This document shows positions 55,732 through 64,000 of a stretch of 64,000 bases of DNA, in pieces (the stretch's first letter is position 1; each line of letters opens with the position of its first letter). The DNA is from an uncultured candidate division Zixibacteria bacterium (GTDB lineage: Bacteria; Zixibacteria; MSB-5A5; GN15; FEB-12). Under the pieces are notes generated by a model that worked only from the letters and a program-made list of their open reading frames with translations, was not told the origin of the DNA and ran no database searches. The stretch lies in the NCBI GenBank assembly GCA_963664195.1, contig OY760907.1, positions 96,001-160,000 on the forward strand, read 5' to 3'. The position numbers and the translations under genes are program-made.

Positions 55732-58700
55732 GTCTAACGATTCAGAAAAGAACCTCCGCACACAGATCATCGGCCTCGGCGATCAATCTGGTCGAAAGAG
55801 CTACTATCCGGAGCTTCAGAACAAAATCACCCAGTTGGAAAACGAGATTGCAGAACGTCAGTCCGCCGAAGCCGGCCGCGCCATCCTCTCCACTGTGATC
55901 GAGTCGACCACGGACATGGTCAGCACCTCCACAGTGGACGGCAAAGTCACCTACATGAATGCTGCCGGGGCGAAACTGCTGGGGTGGAGTCCTGATCAAA
56001 TAGAATCGAAGGAAATCGCTGATGCTCATCCGCCCTGGGCAATCGACAAAATACGCAACGAGGGTATTCCGACGGCAGAACGCGATGGCGTCTGGGAAGG
56101 TGAGACGGCCATGCTCGGTCCCGGGGGGCAGGAAATACCGGTCTCGCAAGTAATCATTGCCCACCGATCCTCATCCGGCGAAATCGAATACTACTCCACC
56201 ATCGTCCGGGACATCTCCGAACGGAAAAAAGCCGAGGATGTGCTCCAGTCGATAATGGAGGGTACGGCGTCCGCATCCGCAGAGACGTTCTTCTTAACAC
56301 TTGTCGAACGCCTGTCCTCGGTTCTTGGCGTCAAGTACGCTATGGTGGCGGAACTGGCGGAGGGTCAGAAAGAAACAGCTCGTACGCTCGCCGTATGTGC
56401 CGACGGCGCGCACGTCGACAACATCGAATATGACCTGCACGGATCACCCTGTGAGGACGTGGTCGGCAAAACCCTCTGCTATTATCCTGAAGATGTGGCA
56501 GCCCTATTCCCGGAGGACCGTCTGCTCTCCGAGATGGGCATTCATAGTTTTCTGGGGACTCCGCTGTTTGACAGTTCCGGCAAACCTCTGGGGATTCTGG
56601 CGGTTATGCACGATGAGAAGATACCGCACCCGGAGACAGCGAAGCGAATCCTGAGCATCTTCGGTTTCCGTGTCGGAGCGGAACTCGAACGCAAGCAGGC
56701 CGAGGAAGAACGCCTCGACCACCTGAAACATCTGGAGAGCATGGATCGCATTGATGAAATCATCCGCAAAACCGTCGACTCCAGGGAGATGCTCGACGGT
56801 GTCCTGCAGACAATGCTCTCTCTGTTCGGGTGCGACAGAGTCTGGCTGCTGCACCCCTGCAACCCGGATGCGGAGTCTTTTGTGGTTCCCCACGAATACA
56901 CCCGCCCAGAGTACCCGGGGGCTGGTGCCGGCGTTTCGGTCCCCATTACGCATGAGACCAGCGAGGCGTTCAAGACAATGCTGGCTTCGGATGAGGCTGT
57001 CTGCCATGGTCCAGGCTCCGATAATGAGATACCGACAGTCTCCAGACAGTTCGGCGTTCTCGCTCAGTTGACTATAGCGATATACCCCAAGGTTGGCGAA
57101 CCGTGGATCCTCGGCATGCACCAGTGCTCCCGTGAGAGGGTCTGGTCTGATCAGGAGAAGCGGCTCTTCAAGGACATCAGTCGCCGCCTTGCCGACGCTT
57201 TGAGCACGGTTCTTTCTTACCGGAATCTCGTTGACAGCGAGGAGCGTTTTCGCGCCCTTGTGGAAACGTCGAGCGACTGGATATGGGAAATCGACTCCAA
57301 CGGCACCTACACATATTGTAGCCCCAAGATTCGAGACCTGTTGGGCTACGATCCGCAGGAAGTCCTCGGAAAAACACCCCTTGATCTCATGCCCCGGGAT
57401 GAAGCGGAGCGACTCCGAGATACTCTCTTGAGGCATCTCCAGGCGCAGCAACCGGTGGTTGGAATGGAAAACCGCTGTCTCCACAAAAACGGGTGGGAGG
57501 TCATACTCGAGACCAGCGGGGTGCCGATTAACGACGCCGGCGGCAACGTGATCGGTTTCCGGGGAATCGACCGCGACATCACCGACCGAAAACGCGCCGA
57601 TGAGATCATCAGAAACAGACTCGATAGCTTAACACGACCGGATTCCGAAACCGCTGACCTGACGTTTACTGATTTGTTTGACCTCGACGAGATTCAGAAG
57701 ATCCAGGACGCTTTTGCCGAAGCCACTGATGTCGCCTCGATCATCACCGATACCGCCGGGCAGCCTATTACCAAACCCAGCAATTTCTGCCGCCTCTGCC
57801 GCGACGTCATCCGGAGAACAGAAAAAGGGCTGAGAAACTGCATGTACTCCGATGCAGTAATCGGACGCCCCAACGCCGACGGGCCGGTGGCGCAACCCTG
57901 CTTGAGCGGCGGACTGTGGGACGGCGGCACATCCATAACGGTCGGCGGAAAACACGTGGCCAACTGGCTGATCGGCCAGGTGCGAAACGATGCCCTCAAC
58001 GTAAGTGACATGATGGAATACGCCAAGGAAATCGGCGCGGACCCGGATGAATTCCAGTCCGCTCTTGCCGAGGTACCCATCATGTCTACGCGGCAGTTCA
58101 AGGGCATCTGCAATGCCCTCTACCTCGTCGCCAATCAGCTTTCTCAGATGGCATTTCACAATATCCTGCAGGCCAGGGCCATGTCCGAACGGAAGAGGGC
58201 AGAGAAAGCTCTGCGGGATAGCGAGTACAAGTACCGTGAGTTGGTAGAGAACGCCAACAGCATCATTCTACGCTGGGATACTGAGGGACGGATTACGTTC
58301 TTCAACGAATACGCTCAGAAATTCTTCGGGTACACCGAGGACGAAGTACTGGGGAGACACGTCATCGGAACGATTGTCCCCGAGTCGGAGTCCACAGGTC
58401 GTGATCTGGCCCCCTTGATGAATGACATTGTCGGGAATCCACAAAAATACCTGTATAACGTCAACGAAAACATGCTCAAAACCGGCCAACACGTTTGGAT
58501 CGCCTGGACCAACAAGGCTATGTTTGACGACGACGGTACACTGATCGGCGCTCTGAGCATTGGAGTAGACATAACAGATCGCAAGCGTGCCGAAGAGGCG
58601 CTCCGCCGGAGCGAAGAAAAGTACCGCGTGCTGTTCGAGCAGTCGGCCGATGCTATTCTCATTATTGAGGACGGCCGATTCGTTGATTGCAATGACGCGG

Positions 58701-61384
58701 CTGTTGCTATGCTGCGCTATGAGAGCAAGGAGCAGTTCCTGAAGACCCACCCGTCAGAACTCTCCCCTGACATGCAGTCAGACGGCCGCAGCTCGTTTGA
58801 GAAGGCCGAGGAAATGATGCGAATTGCTCGCGATACCGGCTCACACCACTTCGAGTGGGAGCACAAGAGAGCAGATGGCGAGGTCTTCCCTGTCGAAGTA
58901 TCGCTGACAATGATTCCGGTTGAGGGACGCAGCATTCTGCATACCATCTGGCGCGATATCACGGATCGCAAGAGGGCCGAGGAATCGCTGCTCAAGAGCG
59001 AGGCCATGCTCAACACGACGCTTCAGGCAGCCCCTATCGGTGTGGGACTCGTCACCGACAGGATTCTCGGATGGACAAATGAACGCATCTCCGATATGCT
59101 CGGCTATACTCAGGATGAACTCAATGGCATGCCGGCACTGGACCTGTACGAAACCCAAGAGGAATACGAAAAGGCCAGTCGAGCAAGGCATACAGACGTG
59201 GAGAACACGGGCGTAGGCTCGGTTGAAACGCGCTGGGTGTGCAAGAACGGGAGCGTAATCGATGTCCTCCTGAGTTTGGCCGCAATCGACGCTGACAACT
59301 GGCAACAGGGACTGGTCTTTTCAGTTCAGGACATCACCGAACGAAAACGCAACGAAAAATTGATGCGGGGACGAAACGCCGTTTTGGAACGTCTTGCCTC
59401 CAGCGACTCGTTGGCCGAAGTCCTCTCCGCAATCGTCGAAAACGTCGAACACGTAAGGCCGGGCGTTCGCTGTTCGGCCCAGATTGTGGACAGAGAGACA
59501 AACAGCCTTCGCCACGGCGCTGCCCCAAGCTTGCCCCAGTTTTTCAACGTGGCCCTCGACGGAGCCGGTATTGGCGAGGGAGCAGCATCCTGGGGCACCG
59601 CCGCCCACAGAAGACAACGGGTGGTGGTCGAAGATGTCATGCATCATCCACTATGGGCAAACTGCACCGACCTGGCCGTGAGGACCGGCATCCGTGGCAG
59701 TTGGTCAGAACCGATAGTAGCGTCAAACGGTGAGATACTGGGCGTGTTCGCTATGTACTTTGATCAACCAACCGTGGAAAACGAGCCCGACATGGAACTC
59801 CTGACCACAGCAGCAAACCTCGCCGGTATTGCTATGGAACGGAGACTGACCGAGGAGGCCCTGCGCCAACGAGAAGAAAGCTACCGTACGCTGGTCGAAA
59901 CGATGAACGAGGGGTTCATAGGTCTCGACGTCGAGGACCGCATCACGTACGCCAATCAGCGCGCGTGCTCCATGCTCGAATATGACAGAGACGAGCTGGT
60001 CGGCCTCTCGGTATTGGTTCTTCTGGACGAGGAAAACGCAGACACATTCCAAACACAACTGGACATGCGCACCAATGACTCCCACGAGTCCTTTGAACTC
60101 ACGTGGATAAGCCGATCCGGACGCAAAGTACATACACTCGTATCACCGCGCGATGTTCGCGATGAAGCGGACGAATACTCCGGCCTGTTTGCAGTAATCA
60201 CCGACATCACCGATCTCAAGGAGCTTGAAGATCGAGTGGCGCGATCAAAGAAAATGGAACTTCTCGGCCGATTGGCCGGAACCGTGGCACACGATCTCAA
60301 CAACGTGCTTTCGGGTCTTGTGACCTACCCCGATCTTTTGTTGATGCAGGTTGACCGGAACAGCCCCTTGTACCAGCCGCTCGAAACGATCAAAGAATCC
60401 GGCGAGCGAGCAGCGGCCATTGTCGAGGATCTCCTTACGCTGGCTCGCCGTGGCGTGACGGTCAGGGAAGTGGTTGATCTCAACACCGTTGTCGAAGACC
60501 ATCTCAATTCACGAGTATTCAAACAGCTCTGCGCGGAACACGGCGGACTGCAAATAGAAACCCGCCTCTCAGAGGAGGCACAGCGAATCATGGGATCCCC
60601 GGTACACCTGGCTCAAACCGTCACCAATCTCGTCTCGAATGCGGCCGAGGCTATGCCGAACGGCGGCAAATTGAGCATCGTCACGCACGGCCAGTATGTT
60701 GACAGACCGATTTCAGGATACGAGACAATTGTCGAAGGCGAATACGCTGTCCTCGAACTGACCGATACCGGCACCGGCATTCCGGACGATGATCTCAAAC
60801 GTATTTTTGAACCGTTTTACACACGCAAGGTAATGGGGCGAAGCGGAACCGGCCTGGGGCTGACAGTGGTCTGGGGGACGGTCAACGATCACGACGGATA
60901 CATTGAGGTAGAATCAGAGCAGGGACGAGGGACAACCTTCCGCCTGTACTTCCCGGCCACAACCGCCCCCGAGGAACGGGCCGCTGAAGAGGATCTGAAA
61001 GTACGCCCGATGGGAACCGGACAACTGTTCCTCGTGGTGGACGATGCTGAACACCAGCGGCTTATTGCATCTGAGATGCTAACGACTCTGGGATTCAAGG
61101 TCGCTACAGCATCATCCGGCGAAGAAGCCGTCGAGTACGTCAAAACTAACGAGGTCGAGGTCATCCTCCTCGACATGGCTATGGGCGATGGGATGGACGG
61201 CTTGGACACGTACCGGGAGATCGTAAGTCTCCGCCCGAATCAGAAGGCAATCATTGCCAGCGGCTATGCAGCCACGGGCCGGGTTGAAGAGGCGTTGAGG
61301 CTCGGGGCCGGACAGTACATCAAGAAGCCGTACTCTCTGCAATCCATGGCCCAGGCGATCAAACAGGAGCTCTACGGCAAGTAA
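55715..61384 (+). CDS. Cytoplasmic hybrid sensor kinase (multiple PAS and GAF, PocR, HisKA, HATPase, REC)
   Basis: N-terminal IIGLGDQSGRKSYYPEL; repeated DITxRK; PocR (SNFCRLC..C.YSD..PCLSGGLWD); AHDLNN; NLVSNA, DTGTGI, GTGLGL; receiver; overlaps the ercA end. Confidence 0.92.
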   Translation: MKKRSESNDSEKNLRTQIIGLGDQSGRKSYYPELQNKITQLENEIAERQSAEAGRAILSTVIESTTDMVSTSTVDGKVTYMNAAGAKLLGWSPDQIESKEIADAHPPWAIDKIRNEGIPTAERDGVWEGETAMLGPGGQEIPVSQVIIAHRSSSGEIEYYSTIVRDISERKKAEDVLQSIMEGTASASAETFFLTLVERLSSVLGVKYAMVAELAEGQKETARTLAVCADGAHVDNIEYDLHGSPCEDVVGKTLCYYPEDVAALFPEDRLLSEMGIHSFLGTPLFDSSGKPLGILAVMHDEKIPHPETAKRILSIFGFRVGAELERKQAEEERLDHLKHLESMDRIDEIIRKTVDSREMLDGVLQTMLSLFGCDRVWLLHPCNPDAESFVVPHEYTRPEYPGAGAGVSVPITHETSEAFKTMLASDEAVCHGPGSDNEIPTVSRQFGVLAQLTIAIYPKVGEPWILGMHQCSRERVWSDQEKRLFKDISRRLADALSTVLSYRNLVDSEERFRALVETSSDWIWEIDSNGTYTYCSPKIRDLLGYDPQEVLGKTPLDLMPRDEAERLRDTLLRHLQAQQPVVGMENRCLHKNGWEVILETSGVPINDAGGNVIGFRGIDRDITDRKRADEIIRNRLDSLTRPDSETADLTFTDLFDLDEIQKIQDAFAEATDVASIITDTAGQPITKPSNFCRLCRDVIRRTEKGLRNCMYSDAVIGRPNADGPVAQPCLSGGLWDGGTSITVGGKHVANWLIGQVRNDALNVSDMMEYAKEIGADPDEFQSALAEVPIMSTRQFKGICNALYLVANQLSQMAFHNILQARAMSERKRAEKALRDSEYKYRELVENANSIILRWDTEGRITFFNEYAQKFFGYTEDEVLGRHVIGTIVPESESTGRDLAPLMNDIVGNPQKYLYNVNENMLKTGQHVWIAWTNKAMFDDDGTLIGALSIGVDITDRKRAEEALRRSEEKYRVLFEQSADAILIIEDGRFVDCNDAAVAMLRYESKEQFLKTHPSELSPDMQSDGRSSFEKAEEMMRIARDTGSHHFEWEHKRADGEVFPVEVSLTMIPVEGRSILHTIWRDITDRKRAEESLLKSEAMLNTTLQAAPIGVGLVTDRILGWTNERISDMLGYTQDELNGMPALDLYETQEEYEKASRARHTDVENTGVGSVETRWVCKNGSVIDVLLSLAAIDADNWQQGLVFSVQDITERKRNEKLMRGRNAVLERLASSDSLAEVLSAIVENVEHVRPGVRCSAQIVDRETNSLRHGAAPSLPQFFNVALDGAGIGEGAASWGTAAHRRQRVVVEDVMHHPLWANCTDLAVRTGIRGSWSEPIVASNGEILGVFAMYFDQPTVENEPDMELLTTAANLAGIAMERRLTEEALRQREESYRTLVETMNEGFIGLDVEDRITYANQRACSMLEYDRDELVGLSVLVLLDEENADTFQTQLDMRTNDSHESFELTWISRSGRKVHTLVSPRDVRDEADEYSGLFAVITDITDLKELEDRVARSKKMELLGRLAGTVAHDLNNVLSGLVTYPDLLLMQVDRNSPLYQPLETIKESGERAAAIVEDLLTLARRGVTVREVVDLNTVVEDHLNSRVFKQLCAEHGGLQIETRLSEEAQRIMGSPVHLAQTVTNLVSNAAEAMPNGGKLSIVTHGQYVDRPISGYETIVEGEYAVLELTDTGTGIPDDDLKRIFEPFYTRKVMGRSGTGLGLTVVWGTVNDHDGYIEVESEQGRGTTFRLYFPATTAPEERAAEEDLKVRPMGTGQLFLVVDDAEHQRLIASEMLTTLGFKVATASSGEEAVEYVKTNEVEVILLDMAMGDGMDGLDTYREIVSLRPNQKAIIASGYAATGRVEEALRLGAGQYIKKPYSLQSMAQAIKQELYGK

Positions 61385-61510
61385 CTGCAGATATCTGAGA
61401 CCGACACACGCGTACTTCTGCGAGCCTGTCGATATCGTCGCTAATGAAGATGTTTACTCAAAGATGAGCCTGACTCATACGAGCCCGTTTGTAGATCGCA
61501 CTCTCGGAAG

Positions 61511-64000
61511 CTACCGCACCAGGATCAGTTTGCCCTTGGTATCCGTATTCTCCACGAACCAGAGATATGTACCGGAAGCGACTGGATTCCCTGTCTGGTT
61601 AGTTCCATCCCAGGCAACCTGTCCGCCGTCGATGTTGACCCAGCGTCTTACTACATCGCCGTTGACCGTCATCACTACCATGTCGGAACCGGTGGGCAGC
61701 TCGTTGAAAGTAACGTTGCCAACCGCGTCCGGCTGATACGGATTCGGGTAGGCGTACACCGACGGTTCCACAACAAAAGATAACGCCTCACTGTACGGCC
61801 CGTCGTTCACACGCGCCCGCCAGTAGTATGTGGGACCGACTTCCAATCGCGAAGCAACGGTCCAGGCTGTGGTCGTGCCTGTTTCTTGCGGCACCGCGGG
61901 AGACGTACTTGCCGGCGCCGTGAAGCTGGTATCGCGAGCAACCTGGTAATAATAGAGGTTCGCCGGATCGCTGTCAGCATTCACAACGATGAGTGTCGGC
62001 GTCGTTGAACTGACGGTCGAGTCATTGACCGGCGAGGCCAGGACCAACTGGGCGTCGTCATTGGTGGTCAGCGTATCTGAACCACCGGTCCCCGTCGTGT
62101 CGTCGCCTCCCGTTCCGATGCTCAGATAGGCTTCCTCGGACACAATGTTTGACAGGACCGACGCTCCGCCAGCCCAATCGTACGTACGCATGCCGAGAAA
62201 ATACGTGGTTCCCGGTTCCAGACCACTCACCACTGCCGACTGTATTGTTCCGGCCTGCAGGGGCTGCGGCGGGCTGCCGAATTGATCGGCAGCCGCCCAG
62301 TTGTTTTCGGTTATGAGGGCTTCGGAGTAACGGATGGCATACTCCGCAGCTATTCCCGTATTACCATCATCACCCGGCGCGGTCCACGTCAGACGGATTG
62401 CGCCGTCCGTTGTTCCCGGTGCTGCGCCAAGATCGTCGATTCCGGCAGGCGGAATGACATCTTCGACACCACCAACCGGAAGCGTGACGGTAGGAGACTC
62501 CGAGGTTGCATTAACCGTGATGCTGGTCACTACGCTGTCCGCCCCTTTCTTGCACTTCACTGAAAAACCGTTGAACTGCGTGGAGTCAGTCTGCGTACGA
62601 GACTCCCAGCGGTATGACACCGGGCCGGTGACGGTACCGGATGACCCGGTTACGCCGGTCAACACCGTCCGACCATAGTTGTTCGTCACCGTGACTTCCG
62701 CACCCGGCACCGGAAGGCCGTTATCACCGTTCACTTTCACCGAAAGCGTACGCTGAATAGCGATATCTGCTGTGCCTCCATTAGAGAACTCAACGTCCTC
62801 ATCGCTCGTGCCGTTCTGGTACACGATGTCACACGCGACATTCTCCGTGCAGTTCCAATCGTTGCTGAGATGGCCAAGGTAGAAAGTATGCGGGTCTATC
62901 GTGTTGGTGGCAAAGGCCACCGTGTCTCCGACAATCGTTACACCGGTTGGCCCCACGTCCTGTGATCCGACATCGCCGAACTTGTAGATCGTTCCGGAGC
63001 TGACAATATGATTGTACTCCAGTCGATAGGTATCAGGATAGTCGATACCGTCGAAAGTCACACCGTTGCAGGCCACCCCGGAGCCACTCAGACTGATGGC
63101 CCTGATCGTGTTATTCCTGATCAGAACATTCGTCTGGCCAGTGTTACAGGAAAGCCTGACCGGGTGAATACCCGTGCCGATGTCCTCCGTCGAGGGATCA
63201 TTGTCACCAGTACAGATAAACGTGTTATTGAGCACGTTGATGCGATGAGGGCTGTACCTGATACGAAGACCATGACTCGGCAGAGCGTCTCCGTACTCGA
63301 CATTCGGTCCCTCGTGAACATCAACCAGATTACCGCTGATGACAATCGGTTTCTCGTCAGTTCCCCAGCCATACTCGATCATGATGCCGCGATTGCCACC
63401 CCAGTTAGTACCGGAGGTCACCACGTTATCAACGATGCGGGCGCCGGGACCGGCGTGCCGGAAACAGATGCCATACGGATTCGAAGTCGAGTGACACAAA
63501 CCGTCGTTCGTCGGGTAAAACGAGTTTCTCGCGTCGGTCCTGACCGAACAGGCCTCGATCCAGGCCGTGCCGTAATGTTCACCGCCTTCACGACCGCGGA
63601 TGGCAATCCCCATGTGCGGTCCGTCGTCAATGGTCAGGTCCTTGATGTAGATATGATAGTCCGCGCCGTTGTCGGTCAGGCTCGTTGTGTACAGGTTAGT
63701 GACATCAACCACGCAGGCATCATAGTCACACCGACTGTCGAAGCCAGTCACATAGCTGGTGAAATGCCCACCCTCAATTCGGTCATTGTACACCTGGCTG
63801 CCCGCAGCATAGAAAACCTGCCCGTTGTAACCGCGCACGGTAGCAGTAACATCCTTGACCAGGATGTCATGTCCGCGAATGTCGATCGCCTGACAATCAT
63901 TCACAGTTGTGTCAGGCGTATTGTGGAGGATAAATCCGCCACGAATCTCAATCTCGTGCGGGTAGTAGCTACTGGTGCCGACTGTTCGGATACCGTAAAC
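61511..64000 (-). CDS. Large secreted beta-helix + Fn3 + FlgD-like C-terminal protein (5' end outside the window)
   Basis: Frame open to 64000; LTWTAPGDDG..G.AAEY.IRYS, GLEPGTTYF, YAYPNPY...WDGTNQTGNPVASGTY. Confidence 0.78.
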   Translation of the reverse strand, partial: VYGIRTVGTSSYYPHEIEIRGGFILHNTPDTTVNDCQAIDIRGHDILVKDVTATVRGYNGQVFYAAGSQVYNDRIEGGHFTSYVTGFDSRCDYDACVVDVTNLYTTSLTDNGADYHIYIKDLTIDDGPHMGIAIRGREGGEHYGTAWIEACSVRTDARNSFYPTNDGLCHSTSNPYGICFRHAGPGARIVDNVVTSGTNWGGNRGIMIEYGWGTDEKPIVISGNLVDVHEGPNVEYGDALPSHGLRIRYSPHRINVLNNTFICTGDNDPSTEDIGTGIHPVRLSCNTGQTNVLIRNNTIRAISLSGSGVACNGVTFDGIDYPDTYRLEYNHIVSSGTIYKFGDVGSQDVGPTGVTIVGDTVAFATNTIDPHTFYLGHLSNDWNCTENVACDIVYQNGTSDEDVEFSNGGTADIAIQRTLSVKVNGDNGLPVPGAEVTVTNNYGRTVLTGVTGSSGTVTGPVSYRWESRTQTDSTQFNGFSVKCKKGADSVVTSITVNATSESPTVTLPVGGVEDVIPPAGIDDLGAAPGTTDGAIRLTWTAPGDDGNTGIAAEYAIRYSEALITENNWAAADQFGSPPQPLQAGTIQSAVVSGLEPGTTYFLGMRTYDWAGGASVLSNIVSEEAYLSIGTGGDDTTGTGGSDTLTTNDDAQLVLASPVNDSTVSSTTPTLIVVNADSDPANLYYYQVARDTSFTAPASTSPAVPQETGTTTAWTVASRLEVGPTYYWRARVNDGPYSEALSFVVEPSVYAYPNPYQPDAVGNVTFNELPTGSDMVVMTVNGDVVRRWVNIDGGQVAWDGTNQTGNPVASGTYLWFVENTDTKGKLILVR

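Overview
Gene-dense bacterial chromosomal window. Five secreted proteins carry a C-terminal 'MxDLTxLIDHLFISL' dockerin-like duplication, which suggests a Zixibacteria-like lineage (inference). In order it holds: a GH130 + CBM9-like pair; two chemoreceptors sharing an apparently identical 1256-bp signalling module and terminator but with unrelated sensor domains; a PAS-LuxR regulator; pgsA; a solute-binding/TolC fusion; a heterodimeric ABC exporter behind a leader-peptide attenuator; an archaeal-type gatE-gatD operon; a Na+-pumping methylmalonyl-CoA decarboxylase operon facing a methylmalonyl-CoA mutase; several Cys-rich dockerin-tagged secreted proteins; znuACB headed by an RHH/Cys-rich regulator; crcB-DUF190; a decaying secreted-protein operon (an IS481 inside an archaemetzincin-like lipoprotein gene, plus a 1-nt frameshift); an hdrC-hdrB-sdhB-like-sdhA-like operon with no hdrA; a fusion of a cyanophycin-synthetase N domain (intact Cx19HxxEH) to a helical domain and a receiver; an ercA + giant hybrid kinase pair; and a partial secreted beta-helix/Fn3 protein. 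I recognised no rRNA, tRNA or CRISPR array. All family calls come from motifs read by eye, not from database searches.
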